A stretch of DNA of 64,000 nucleotides from Hamiltosporidium tvaerminnensis FI-OER-3-3 (taxonomy: Eukaryota > Fungi > Microsporidia). The first letter of the stretch is position 1, and every line of letters begins with the position of its first letter. This document shows positions 21,970-35,098 of the stretch, in pieces. The notes under the pieces were generated by a model that worked only from the letters and a program-made list of their open reading frames with translations, was not told the origin of the DNA and searched no databases. The stretch covers positions 620,001-684,000 of the forward strand of contig CM061246.1 of NCBI GenBank assembly GCA_022605425.2, read 5' to 3'. The translations under genes were made by a program, and so were the position numbers.

Positions 21970-22088
21970 AAAAACAAAAGAAAAGAACAAATTCATCCTT
22001 AAGAATCAGAAATTACAAATATATTGTTTGACTACAAAAACAAGAGAAAAGAATAATTTTATCTTTAAGAATCTGAAATTGCAATTTA
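21970..22088. repeat. Two diverged ~66-bp tandem copies upstream of NMT1
   Basis: aaaacaaaagaaaagaacaaattcatccttaagaatcagaaattacaa vs aaaacaagagaaaagaataattttatctttaagaatctgaaattgcaa. Confidence 0.6.
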
Positions 22089-23799
22089 TTAAATTAAACT
22101 TAGAAAAATCCTAATTTTAAAATTCTGAATTGGTATAAAAAACACACCGGAATGTTTTAGAAAATGATATTTAAATTCTTGGACTATTGAAATATTATTT
22201 TAAATGATGATGTAAATGATAAGAAAATTATATTTAAATTGTTCGCATATTAACATTTTATTTTAAATGATGATTTAAATATATAAGAAAATTTTCACAT
22301 AAATGTTACAAATATTTTATTAGAGTAATTCTAAGATTCAAACATATATTTTATTATTGAAGTATTGATCTATACGACATAAAATAGGAACAATTGACTA
22401 TAATTGAAAATATAAGACATATTTGATTATTTATAGTTAAGAATCTTTTATCTTTCTGTCTTTATAAAAAAAATAATATTTATTATTTTTGAGAAGGTAT
22501 ATTTATGATCGATGTTTTTTTCGAAACAATATTAATTCGGATTTTTTTACTTATAGTATTCAACCGTGTGTTGGTATAAACTGTTCTAAATATTTCTGCT
22601 TTCTTTTAGTTTGTGAGCAAATAAATTAAAAATGTCTATTTTTATACAACTTGAATCTAAATTGATATAAATTTTATAGTATTACTAATCAAAATCAAGA
22701 CCTGCATTTTTTTTAAATGAATTTTTAATGAAAATTATCAAATATCTACTAAATATTTTGGTTTAAGTCCCGGTTTAGAGCAATAATAAAAATTTCTTTA
22801 TAACGAGTGTTTTTTCAAATTTAATTATCTGATTTTTTGACTGGTTTTAATCCTGCATTATTTTGGATTATTACAGTGTGTTTCTGTGCGTAATAGTTTC
22901 GATTATACTTTTGTTTAAGTTTTTCTACTCTAGTTTACTTTGATTAAACTTTCGTTTTTATTTAGTAATCGAATCTGAGTTCATTTTTTAAATAGATTCA
23001 CTCTGGTTTATATTCAATAAAATATTCTGCAGAATCTATAATATATCCTGGACTGCCGAGAAGTGAAAAAGTATTATTTTGGGTTTAAAAATCAATTGTG
23101 TATACATATATTTTCAAAAAAATTATAAGAAATCTCTTCAGCCATTTATTAATACTATTAATTTTTTTTATATGTATTTAAGCAAAACAAACGCATTTTT
23201 AGGTTAATTTATTCTCAATTTGATTCTAACTATGTAATAATCATAATATAAATAATATCGTGTTAGATTATGTTTAAGATGCTTATAATTAAGATGTAAT
23301 TTTTGGTTTCAATTTTAGGCGTTTGTGGATAATGTTTTGTAGGAAACTAAATATTAAAGTTACTGAAGCAATCAATTTTTTTTTAATTTTAAAAAAAAGT
23401 CAAAGTAATTATTAGAAAAAATTAAAGCAAGCCTATTGATCAATGTTTTTTCATCAAGAAGCGATCTATCAATAAGGAATTGAAAACATTTTGTTAGGAT
23501 AGCCTTGCTCCTTGCTAGTCTCTTAAAGATATATTTAACAATATGTGTGCATTCACACAGCGCACGCCTAACAAATTTACACCTTTCTTTGATCGCACTC
23601 TTTTTAATTTTTGTTCGATGTTCCTAAATGGTCTTGATATTCATATATAACGATTTTATATTTTCAGGCATGTGTATAATTGATTTAAATTTATCTTTAT
23701 ACATAATAACATTAATTTTTGAAACTTCTGACAAACCTAGGCACACAACTCGTTATAAACCCACCTGGTTATATCTAGTTCAATGTTAATAATTAAAGC

Positions 23800-24010
23800 T
23801 ATAAGAATATCCGCTCTGCATAGCAAAATTAATAACTATATGAACTTGTATTTCAATAAATTTTGAATTTTGAATTGGATCTATTATCCAATCCCCTATG
23901 ATTCCGAATACAGCAGATTAAATGAATTAAATGTAAAAATAAAAAAAATATGTCAAAAACAAATGAGCTCGCGTGGAAATCAGACTGTGACTTGGTAAAC
24001 ATAAAATAAG
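23800..24010 (+). mobile_element. Short SINE-like element, very degenerate
   Basis: Core ttggatctattatccaatcccctatgattccgaatacagcagatt (~23876-23919) matches the short-family body; ends uncertain. Confidence 0.45.
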
Positions 24011-24857
24011 AAGGTTTACAAAGAAAATAGAAAACCTATTGAATGTTGAATGGTTTAAATCTTAAAAATCAGCTTTCTGTGAAAAAGGAATAAACCCAGA
24101 AAATGTTGGGGTATTGATTAGCGGAAAAATACGTTGGCGTTTCATCGGTTCATCTTCAACGACGAGATACATAAGAAGACCATAATACGCTACTAAGTAT
24201 TTATTTGAATTTTATATTTTCAATTACCTTTTTCCAAGTAATTTATTTTACATTGTAAATCAGTATATTTAAAAAACAAGATGCTTATGACTAATATTCA
24301 ATTTAGCTTCAATTAACACCACTCCAAAGGAAACTGAGCTACTATTTTTAGAATATATTTAACAATGTTCGAATTCTCCTGTTCTGGATAAATTAATTTT
24401 TTCGAAAAATTTATTCAGAACAAATAACTTACATGATTTTTTGTTTTTATTTTTTCTGCATTAATTTTTATAGTTCAGAGCTTTACAGATTATGTGAGCA
24501 TGTTTACTTTGATTTGTTTATTTGCTGATTTCTTTTGAAATTTATACCAAAACCATTGAATTATCTTTGTGTGAAGCTTTTGTTCGCTTTTGATTTTTCT
24601 CTAAGACAATTTTAATTGAGTGTTTTTAGTTCCAAAACTTTTCCAGACAATTTATACACTTATTATTATTATTTAATAGCTCGCTCCTTTCCTAAGTACA
24701 GAATACAATCCAAAGATGAATCATAGATTCACCAAGTTATAAGTGTTCTAAAGATAGTTTTCTTTTGATTGGTTAGAGTGTCAGCCTCATGCAAAAATTA
24801 TACGCTCATAGCACAAACAATCTGAATAAATTTAAGTTTTTCTGTTTCATGATAATT

Positions 24858-26725
24858 GGTAGAGGCAGGATAAACACTTTCAAAACTATCTGCTTAGCAA
24901 TGAGCGTGTGAAAATTACGTGAAGATGCTTTTTTGTAAAATTGATACTATCCTAACCACATCATATTTTCAGTTCTTCTATTGGAATTATTTATATAATT
25001 CAGTAATGTCCCGAAGACGACAACGACTCACCTCGAAATGTTTAATCGGTTAAAAGAATTTAAGGCATCAATAAGAGTGAGCCAATTAAGATATGTCTCT
25101 TTGTATTTTCATAAATTTTTCAACCAATAATAGTGAGTAGAACTAAACATAAAACAATTAAAAAGATTCTATTGGTTCAAAAATATATTTAATATAAAAT
25201 TGGTAAATTTTCTTCTAAATTAAATTATTTACCCAGAATAACATAATAAATTTGTTTTTTTACTTTCTCTAACGTCATCTTTAAAAAAAATTTAAATTAA
25301 TTTTTTCTGATTTCTTTTCTAAAAATTTAGGGTTGCATAAAAAATTTTATTATACGAATGATATTTTTTTCTGTTTTTCCGTGCAATTTATTTATGTTCT
25401 CAATAATAATTGCATAACACAAATATTGCTTGAATAGCTTCACAGAACTTTATATTTGATTAAATCAAAAGATTTTTAAAAAAAATGACTAAGAATTTAT
25501 ACAATAAATAGACTAATTAATGCAGAATCGTTAAAAAACACGGTGTTTTCAGGCAAAGAAAATTCCTAATCGGAATAAATTTAAGCGAAAAAAACGACAG
25601 AATTGAATAAAAATAGGTGGGAAGTGAACAGGCTAAACATAAAATGCCGAGCAGAGGCTCTGAAAAATTGAAAGTAAAAAAAATAGAAGAAGGAGAATAT
25701 GCTAATTAAAAAATATCCTAAATTTTATTGAGAAATTGTTTGAGAACGGTAAATAATCCAAACATTGAAGACTAAAAGATATACAAGAACAGACTAGTTG
25801 AGAGTATATAATGATTATTGAAAACTTTAAGAAAATATGGCTCAGATAGTGAAGTTAAGGATTATTTACGGGATTTTTTTTCTTAGGAATGATAAAGAAA
25901 GTTCGTTTCTATGAGCTTAACCTCTAGTTTGTATATAAAAAATATGATTTACAAATAGTGAAAGTTTTTCTAAAAATAATTCCTCAGTTTTTTATGCAAC
26001 CAAATTTGAAAATACAACCGAATGTCTAGGTAATTCATTACAAAATCACTAAATCTTAGCTTTAATTGCTCATTGAAATTACAACTTATTAGGAGCTCTG
26101 GCTTAATTTACTATAAATTTTACCTGTCACGATAAAGCAGCTCTCTTTTCCATTCGTTTATACCAAGGTTACTGGGATCTTTTATAGATCATCTGGCCAT
26201 CTAGTTTTAAGTCGACCAGATATTTTCGACTTTTGGGATTGAACATATATACCTTTTTTAATGTTATGTGGAAGCCTAGCCTTGCTTAATCGAATCAGAA
26301 GACTTTATACTTGGCAGATAGTGAAATATATACATCTTTGAAGCTTAGGGAAGCTAGGCAGCTAAGTATAATTTTTTTATAATATTTTTACGTTTCGATG
26401 TGCCCTGTAATCGTCGAATGTGTATCCTAATCAGATGATTATTTTATTTAAAAGCGTGGCCTGGCGAAAATACTTCTACGTAGGAAATGCCTAAAATAGG
26501 TTTCGAACTGTCATCACTGTTCTAGCAACAGATATTAAGAACACAGAAATTTCCAGACATTAAATGAATCTTACATATCTTTTAGATGAAACGCAACGGT
26601 TTGTAGTTATCTTACGAGATACAGATACCAAGAGGGTGTAGCTATCGATGTTAAACCTAAAACTTTTGAGTTTATAAAACAATATAGTACGTGCCACTTT
26701 TCAAAAATACGTAGTATTTGAATAA
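24858..26725 (+). mobile_element. Old long-family copy G split by a ~1.2-kb insertion
   Basis: 24858-24993 matches the first ~130 nt of the family; similarity resumes at ~26160-26200 and runs to the tail at ~26725. Confidence 0.65.
24994..25790 (+). repeat. Unclassified ~0.8-kb dispersed repeat (possible DNA-transposon derivative)
   Basis: Reverse-complement match to 33440-34285 (aatgtcccga...gacgactcacctcgaaatg; gaagtgaacaggctaaacataaaatgccgagc). Confidence 0.75.
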
Positions 26726-27308
26726 TTTTTTTTGTCACATATTATAAATTGGGTAAATAATAAGTTCCTCGAGAAAGTTCACTCAATTATCGTTTCTTTA
26801 TATTATGAATCTAATGATTGTATTTTATTGACCTACTTAGTACCATAAAAATAATACCAAGATAAATATCACAAAATTTCTTCATAAGATCAATTTTTAC
26901 CGTTTAATGTTCTGATTTTTTATATTATTTGCTTATAGAACCATTTTCTAAATCACATTTAAGAATCTAAGCAATTTACGATGTTAGAAAAATAATTTAA
27001 TTCCTAATTTTCAATATATAAGAAATTTTAAATAATATATAAGAAGGCAATAACAAGGAAAATTCTCACTATTTAATTGTTTCAAAGTTACTTTGAGTAC
27101 GAAATATATATCAAGTTTATATTAGATTAATACAGGGATAAGCAAATGAAATTATATATATTTAAACTCAGAAATTATTAGAACCAATTGTAAAAAACAT
27201 TTTGAAATAAAGGTAACATTGCTCAATTAGAATCCTTTTACATACAATAAGAAAATAGTTTTTAACTTAAACATTAAATTTATTTAAGAATACAAATTTC
27301 ATTCCTGA

Positions 27309-27857
27309 TTATTCAAGTATTTCTTCTAGGTTTTTTCGGTTAAAATCTTTCTCATGTTCAAAAGTATTTATTACAAATTTTTCTAAATCTTCATCTATTG
27401 ACACAACTGTTTCGTTTGTATTAAATAAAAACTCTTCATTATAATCTCGTTTACTCAATATATCAATATGTTTATATGTTTTTGTCTCTAATTTGACTGT
27501 ATTGATTCCATTACGTGAATCTTCGTGATTAATTAACGATATAACATTATATATTTCTCTATTTCCTATTTCCTGTAAACATGCCATTCTCTTGGTTTCG
27601 AGTAATATTACTTGATTCTGAAGCCTTTCCACCGTATTCTCTATAATTCTAATCATTTTCAGATTTCTTTTGGCACTTTCAAATTGTTTTTCTTTATACA
27701 ATCTACAAACAGTGGTTTTCAATTCTAATAAGTTTTTGTCTTGAAAAGAAATTTCTCTTTTTAACACAATCAATGTATTATTAATATATCTCATTATTTC
27801 TTCGATATTTATTTTTTTTGGCTTCATAGAATTTTTCGAATTTAAAAATGAAAACAT
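27309..27857 (-). CDS. Snf7/ESCRT-III-like coiled-coil protein
   Basis: Basic N-terminal helical hairpin (AKRNLKMIR..E...ERLQNQ...LE), acidic C-terminus (IDEDLE), 182 aa. Confidence 0.6.
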   Translation of the reverse strand: MFSFLNSKNSMKPKKINIEEIMRYINNTLIVLKREISFQDKNLLELKTTVCRLYKEKQFESAKRNLKMIRIIENTVERLQNQVILLETKRMACLQEIGNREIYNVISLINHEDSRNGINTVKLETKTYKHIDILSKRDYNEEFLFNTNETVVSIDEDLEKFVINTFEHEKDFNRKNLEEILE

Positions 27858-28104
27858 GACATTTGAGTTCGTTTTTGTTTATATATTTTTGAAGCAAATA
27901 ATGTTTTATCTGTATTATAATTATTATCATTTTAACTATTAAAAAATTTTAAATATTGTTTCGATTAGAATTCATAATTACCATTTCTTTATTTGTAAAA
28001 AATTTGTTTAATCAAAATTTTATGTTTTTTAATCTATAATTTTTGTAATATATATAAATATTTTATTATAAGATTCTTTACATTAGTTTGTACTACTATG
28101 ACTA

Positions 28105-28834
28105 CTTTATTTAAAAGTATCACATCTTTTTAAAATAGTGGCAAGTGTTATATTTGTTTTTATGACATTAACGCAGTTCTAGGTTTAACATAAATAACTG
28201 CTACCCCAACACTCCATCGGTAACCCCTGCGATACCTACTTCCCAAAGCCTTTCATCTATCAGGTGTGTAGAACCTAATTAATAGGCGAGGCAGTTGCCC
28301 GGAGTTCGTTAATGTCCGTTGCATGGAGTGTGATCGAAGGCCGAAGCCCCCCCTGGGCTCCCCCAAGACTATGCAGCATTCCCACTTACTCTACACTTTC
28401 TGAACCCAATAAACTTCTAGCTAAGATATATTTCAGAGATTTATATGGGGTCCACCTAGACAGTGCAATGTCATACCAACAGGTATAACCTGCTACTTAG
28501 CTCTCCCGGCTTTTAATGGGTTTTATTTTTATATCTCCCAGGCGCTAAGTCTTCTAACCCGAGTGAGCAAGGCTAGGTTTCCATGCTTTTACATGGCAAT
28601 TACCTACATGTTCAGCTGCGGTCTGCAATCTGGTTACATAAAAAACTACAAATAAATTTGTAGAAAAAGTTTCTCCGTTTCTTAGACCTCTCCTCCTCAT
28701 AACAACTCTCATTGAACAACCGAAGATGTAGTATGGTTTTATTCCCACCAAAAATCCAAACAATGATCTCACACTAGTTTCACACACTCATTGCCAAGCA
28801 GAAAGTTTTTTATGTGGTTATCCTCCCTCCACTT
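28105..28834 (-). mobile_element. Long non-coding SINE-like retroposon, copy B
   Basis: Near-identical to copy A; TSD CTACTATGACTA at 28093-28104 and 28835-28846. Confidence 0.9.
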
Positions 28835-29215
28835 CTACTATGACTATACATTTATGTATTTTTATTAAAAAAAATGATAAAATATTCGATTTCCTTCGTG
28901 ATTCATTTTAATATAAAAATAAAGTAACGATCAACAAATAACATATTTATCATAAATATTTTATGATTATAACTTTGCGATTAGAAGATAATTTTTGGTT
29001 TGTATTTGGACTAAATTTTATAAACTTAATTTGTATTTTAGTAAAATTTCAATGGATCTCTATATATTGTTTCTAAAATATTATTTTAATTATTATTCTG
29101 CTATATGAAGTAAAAAAATTATGATTATGAACATATTTTTGTTTCAGTTAGGGCATAGTATGATTATTGTTTAGTTCGCCTTTTTTGCTTTAATATTTAT
29201 CATTTTGTTTACAAT

Positions 29216-29900
29216 GGTAGAGGGAAGATATCCACAATAAAAATTTTCTTCTTGGCAATGAATAAGTGAAGTTGAAGTATGAAATAGTTGTTTAGATTTT
29301 TAATGGGAATAAAACGAAATTGTTTTCGGTTGTTACGAGTTGGTATGAGGAGAATAAAGTCCATAAAATAGCGAAATTTTTTTTAGTTTTTTATGTAACT
29401 CGATCTGAGATCGGAGCCGAACGTGTTGATAATTGGCATGCAAAACATTTTAATCTGGCCTAGCACCTTCCTGTTAGAAGACTCAGGACCTGGGAGATAT
29501 AAAAATAATCCTTTAAAGCCTGGAAAGAAAGATACTGGTTATACCTGTGGTATAACATTGCACTGTCTAGGCGGACCTCATGTAAGTCATTGAAATATAT
29601 CTTAGCTAGAAATTTATTAGGTCCGAAATTTTAGGGCAAGTAGGAATGCTGCTTGGTCTTGGGGAGCTCAGAGAAGGCTTCTGGCTCCGATCAAACACCA
29701 TGCAATGAATCTTATCAAACACCGGGCGATTGCCTTGCCCATTAAATAGATTCTACACACCTGTTAGATGAAAGGGTTGGGTAAGTAGATATCGTAGGGG
29801 ATGGTGATACAGTGTTCTGGGAGCAGTTAGATATAAAACCTAGACAGCGTTAAGACAAGAAAACAACTTAACACTTGACACTGTTTTAAAATTATTGTAT
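29216..29900 (+). mobile_element. Long-family copy E (older, diverged)
   Basis: Colinear end to end with copy A (e.g. cattgcactgtctagg, gaaatatatcttagctagaa). Confidence 0.85.
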
Positions 29901-30496
29901 ATTTTGAAGGATTTTGTTTAAAATTACTTTTTAATTTCCTTATATTAAAATTCTTTAAAACTACGATTGAAATTTTTTTAGATTTAATGAAGTAAATATA
30001 TTTTCCCGAAATAAAAATACATTAATATGAGAATGAATATCTTACACTTTAAGTTGTCTAATACTTTATTGATCAATAAAGGAACTAATATTTTATCAAC
30101 ATTCCTCATATTTTTCATGCGACATTTCTCATGTCAAAATAAATATGGGTATAAATGCTATTTTTTATCCGCCGCGAATCAAAATAGCGAAGAACACAGG
30201 CATTATTAAAGAACATTCCATTTTTTTAATTTATTATTTTCTAAGAAAGTATTGAATTATTTTTATTTATTCGATATAAACTTAGCATTTATCCAATCCT
30301 ACCATGCAAAAACATACATTGAATGAATATAAACGTGATTTTTTACATTAAATTATATCAATTTATAATTTTTGAATCGAAACTTTTAATGAAATAATAA
30401 ATACTTAAATACTACAATATAAATCTAAGGAAAAATGATAAATTATTTTTAATATATCATTTAAAAATATTATAAACACATTCTAAGTCACCAAAA

Positions 30497-30976
30497 ATGT
30501 TATTTTTGATATGTTTTAGAAAAAATAAAAAGATATTTTATATTAGTATCTTTATTCTTGTATGTATAATACTAACGATATTTGGATTTATATATTATTT
30601 GGCTAATTGTGTACAAGTTTGTTTGGAACATACAAATTTTATTCAAAATTTAAAGAATGGAAATAATATGCTTGATACAAAATTTAATTTTCAAAATAAT
30701 TCGGTTTTCGATTTGTCAATTTCAGATATTTCAATTGAATATAAAAATAATGTTGAAAGTGAAGATGTTTATATCTTTAATGAACAAAACAATAAAGAAT
30801 TATTTATAGAAATTAAAATACCAAGTAAGGCTACTTTGGAGAAAAGGATACAATTTATTATTGAAAGAACAATCGATAAAAATGAGTTAAAGCGATCCAA
30901 AATAATTGTAGCAATAAAAAAATGGAAAAAAACTGTATTAAAAATTTCTATACCACTCGAAGAAATACCTATTTAA
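30497..30976 (+). CDS. Uncharacterised single-pass membrane protein
   Basis: 159-aa ATG ORF, one N-terminal hydrophobic helix then a beta-rich domain; AATAAA at stop. Confidence 0.65.
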   Translation: MLFLICFRKNKKIFYISIFILVCIILTIFGFIYYLANCVQVCLEHTNFIQNLKNGNNMLDTKFNFQNNSVFDLSISDISIEYKNNVESEDVYIFNEQNNKELFIEIKIPSKATLEKRIQFIIERTIDKNELKRSKIIVAIKKWKKTVLKISIPLEEIPI

Positions 30977-31345
30977 TAAAAAGAATATGTTTTTTTTGAT
31001 TATTTTAAAAAGCAAGGAATTTACTATGGAAGGGAAAGGTAGTATTTTAATAAAAAATTATATTTTGTTTGGATAAAATATACAAAATAAGAAACCTTCC
31101 GAATTAAATAAATTTTTATAAAAAATTGTTTCTTCATCGCACGTAATAAGAAAAGAAAGAAATTTAGTAGGAAAAATATAAAAATTTAATATATAGAGCC
31201 CACTATCAAAAAGTAATAAAAAAACTCAATAAAGTGACGGTTTTTGTTTCAAAAACAACTTGAAAATATATAATTTGGTTTTGAAGAAATAAATATTTTA
31301 ATAAAATTTGCTTTTTGTTTAAAAACTATTGAAAATTTATAAATT

Positions 31346-31570
31346 TTACTTCGGATGAACAGAATCAAGAAGCATTCCTTTTCGTTTAATACTTCTCTTC
31401 TTTTTGGCTCTTCTTAGTTCTTTTTTTAATTCTTCTTTCTTTGCTTTGGTAATTGCTTTATTTTTTTTACGTTTAAAAGATTCAATAAATGTCTTTCTCG
31501 ATATATCTAAAAATTCTAATTGAACTTTTTCTTTTTTCTTTTTTACTAAATCATCGAATTTTATAGCCAT
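31346..31570 (-). CDS. Small Lys/Arg-rich protein, function unknown
   Basis: ATG 31570 preceded by CCC motif (GTCCCTCTGT-ATG); 74 aa, very basic. Confidence 0.55.
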   Translation of the reverse strand: MAIKFDDLVKKKKEKVQLEFLDISRKTFIESFKRKKNKAITKAKKEELKKELRRAKKKRSIKRKGMLLDSVHPK

Positions 31571-32039
31571 ACAGAGGGACAAAGAAAAATTTAATTTAAT
31601 CGGAAAAACTAACCCGTTGTTTTATCCTCTTTATTTAAAATTAAATCCAACAGTAACAATAAAATGTGCAAAGAATAATTTTAATACTTCGTATTTTAAT
31701 TATCTTTTCTTTGATACGGAATTCAAAATCAAGTATATTTCATTGGTCTTTGTTTCAATATAATGCTTTTTCTTCAAACATTTTATCTAAATAAAAAATT
31801 TAAAACAAAACAATAAATTGATACTTGTAGCTATTATAATCTGATATATAAGCATATATTTAATGATTCATTACTTCCATATTGGAGTATATAAACAAAA
31901 TAATCACACCAGAGTTCACACCAACTAAAAATAAGATTTAAGAAAGTAAGAATCCAAAATATCAAACCTTAATATTGCAAATAGTGGCAGGTTGGTTAAG
32001 TAACGATATAAATTACAAACATAAACAATGAGATTTATA

Positions 32040-32263
32040 CTTACTTACTTATTTCATTCCCTTTTTACCTCTCGGTGTCGAGGATGAACAACTGGAAGTG
32101 TTCCAATTTCTTCTTTTAATCTGTTATAACTCGAGATTACAGGGGATTTCCCTATAGATTCAATGTGGTTTGTATCCCATCAAAATCTCAACAATGATTT
32201 TTATTTCAACTTCACAGACTCATTGACAATTAGATAGTTTTTAATTTGGATATCCTCTCTTCA
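32040..32263 (-). mobile_element. Short (~230 bp) SINE-like element with (TAAG)n tail
   Basis: 5' ~110 nt homologous to the long-family head; ends AATAAGTAAGTAAG; similar to 37087-37311. Confidence 0.75.
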
Positions 32264-32563
32264 CCCCAAATAAGGGTTAAAATGTAGAAATAGCAAGGAA
32301 ATGGAATAACCAATGCTATTATGTTAAATAGTTATGAAAAAAATAAATCATCAATAGGATGTTAAATAAGTAAATTATAAAATAGAAACATGGGATATAT
32401 TATACGAACAATTAAAATGTTAAGTTAAAGGTTTTGGTCTTCGTGCTATGTAATCAGAACAAAGAAATGACTAATTTAAGTTCATAATTCTATTATAAAA
32501 ACCTCTAATTTTCTATATAAAAGGCCCAAAACAAATGAAAAGTTAACAATTATTGATTTAAAA

Positions 32564-33292
32564 CTTTATTTAAAAGTATCACATCTTTTTTACAATAGTG
32601 GCAAGTGTTATATTTGTTTTCATCACATTAACGCAGTTCTATTGTTAAAATAAAAAAGTTGCTCCCAACACTCGATGGGTAACCCCTGCGATACCTACGT
32701 TTCATGGCCTTTCATCTAACAGGTGTGTAGAATCTAATTAATAGGCGAGGCATTTGCTCGGAGTTCGTTAATGTCCCTTGCATAGAGTGTGATTGAAGGC
32801 CGAAGCCCCCCCTGGGCTCCCCCCAAGACTATGCAGCATTCCTGCTTACTCTACCTTTTCTGAACCCAATAAACTTTTGCTAAGATATATTTCAAAGACT
32901 TACATGGGGTCCACCTAGACAGTCCAATGTCATACCAACAGGTATAACCTGCTACTTAGCTCTTCCGGCTTTTAATGGGTTTGATTTTTATATCTCTCAG
33001 GCGCTAAGTCTTCTAACCCGAGTGAGCAAGGCTAGGTTTCCATGCTTTTACATGGCGATTACCTACATGTTAAACTGCGGTCTGTAATCTGGTTACATAA
33101 AAAACTACAAATAAATTTAGAGAAAAAGTTTCTCCATCTCTTAGACCTCCCCTCCTCATAACAACTCCCATAGAACAACCGAAGATGTAGTGTGGTTTTA
33201 TTCCCACCAAAAATCCAAACAATGACCTCACACCAGTTTCATACACTCATTGCCAAGCAGAAAGTTTTTTTGTGGTTATTCTCCTTCCACTT
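32564..33292 (-). mobile_element. Long non-coding SINE-like retroposon, copy C
   Basis: Highly similar to copy A; TSD TTGATTTAAAA at 32553-32563 and 33293-33303. Confidence 0.9.
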
Positions 33293-33439
33293 TTGATTTA
33301 AAATTAAAATTTAAATTTTTAAAAAACTGTAAACTGTAAATGATTTATAATAATGACTAGATGTTTAGCTTGTAGAAACAAACTTTCTTTTCATAAGAAA
33401 AAAATGCCGAAAATAATCCTAAACTTCTATATCAGAGTC

Positions 33440-34285
33440 ATAATTCTTCAGGCATTTCAATAAAAATTTTATACTCTCACTTAGTCTGTTTCTATAATAT
33501 TTTTAGCTTTTCATATCACATTTTTAGTAGTCTTCAGACGTTTCTCAATAAAATTCGGGATTTTTTTAATTAGCATATTCTGCTTCTGCCATTTCATTTA
33601 CTTTCAATTCTCAGAGCTTCAGCTCGGCATTTTATGTTTAGCCTGTTCACTTCCACCTATTTTTGGCAAAGTCTGCCTTTTTTCTCGAAAAAATTTATTG
33701 AGACTAAGAATTTTTTTTGTCTAAAAATAGTGTTCTTTTAACTATATGCTGTATTATTTAATCTATTTATCGTATAAATTCTTAGTTATTTTTATTAAAA
33801 ATCTTTTAATTTAATCAACTATAAAGTTCTGTGAAGCTATTCAAGTAATATTTTTTTATGCAATTATTCTTTAAAATTTAAATAAATTTCTCAGAAGAAC
33901 AACAAAGACGCATCAATTGTATCATAAAATTTTTTATGCAGCTGTAAATTCAAAAAAAATAAATCTTAATTAAGTGATTTAATTTTTTTTTAAACAGAAT
34001 ATTTCAGAAAAATGAAAACAAAAAACATATTAATTTATTTTTCCTTCTATATTAATGCAGTCTAGAAAAGATTTTTACAATTTTTATTTCCAATTTTTTT
34101 TGAGCAAAGAAGTTTCTTAATTGTTTTATGTTCATTTCTACTCAGAATTATTGGTTGTGTAAGATTCACGAACAAATAGAAAGAGATATATCTTAATTGG
34201 GGCACTCTTATTGGTGTCTTATAGTGTTTTAACCAATTAAACATTTCGAGGTGAGTCGTCGTCGGGACATTAATGAATTATAATA
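33440..34285 (-). repeat. Second copy of the unclassified ~0.8-kb repeat
   Basis: Inverted match to 24994-25790. Confidence 0.75.
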
Positions 34286-34421
34286 AACATTAACAAAAAA
34301 TTTTGCCATGCATGTAACGTAAACACTGTTATAAATATTGCAGAAAAGAAAATATAATAATATCAGCACATATGTCATTACCTTCATTTGAATATTTTAG
34401 TATCGAAGAATAAACATTTAT

Positions 34422-35098
34422 GGCCAAAGAAGAATAACACACTGAAACCCATCTCTTGAGAATGATTAGATAAAAATAAATTTCCTTTTAAAGTTATAGT
34501 GGAATTAAACGCACATATATATTTAGATTTGGTTAAGAATAGGTATAAGAAGGAGAGCCCTACAAAAAATTTTGTTGTTTTATGAACTAGGCTGGCAACT
34601 ACGCTTACTTTATAAGTATTTGCCGTGCAAAAACATAGAAACCTAACCTTTTTCACTTTGGTCAGAAGAATGGTTTATGTGAGATACAAAAAGAGACATT
34701 TAAAAACCCAGGTAGCTAAGTAGCAGGTTATACATGTTGGCTTGGAATTTAAACGCCTCAATAGACCATATAATTCGTCGGATGATATTTTATATAAATT
34801 TTTATTTATTTTAGAAAGTTTAGTCTGGTAAAAATACTGCATAGTCTTGGGGGGGGGGGCTCGTGATGGGTTTCTGCCTACGATCACACTCCTAGCAACG
34901 AACACCCGGGAACTACTCTGTTCATTTAATGGGTTCCACATACCTTTTAAGTCCAAAAATTTTGGAATTGGGTATTGTTGGTGATATCGATGGAGGTCAT
35001 AAAATATTTATCTGTGTAAATCAAAAACTGCGTTCATGTCATGAATAAATATTAAACAAGCCATTTTTTTTAAAAAAAGGATATATTAAATAGAAGTT
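34422..35098 (+). mobile_element. Long-family copy F (degenerate)
   Basis: agctaagtagcaggttatac, ctgcatagtcttggggg, cgatcacactcc, aactgcgttcatgtcat in family order. Confidence 0.75.

Noticed and set aside
21930-21977. N-terminal extensions of NMT1 (and of ORFs at 60614 and 31582) in the ORF track
   Set aside because: Non-ATG starts; downstream ATGs have a CCC motif or a signal peptide
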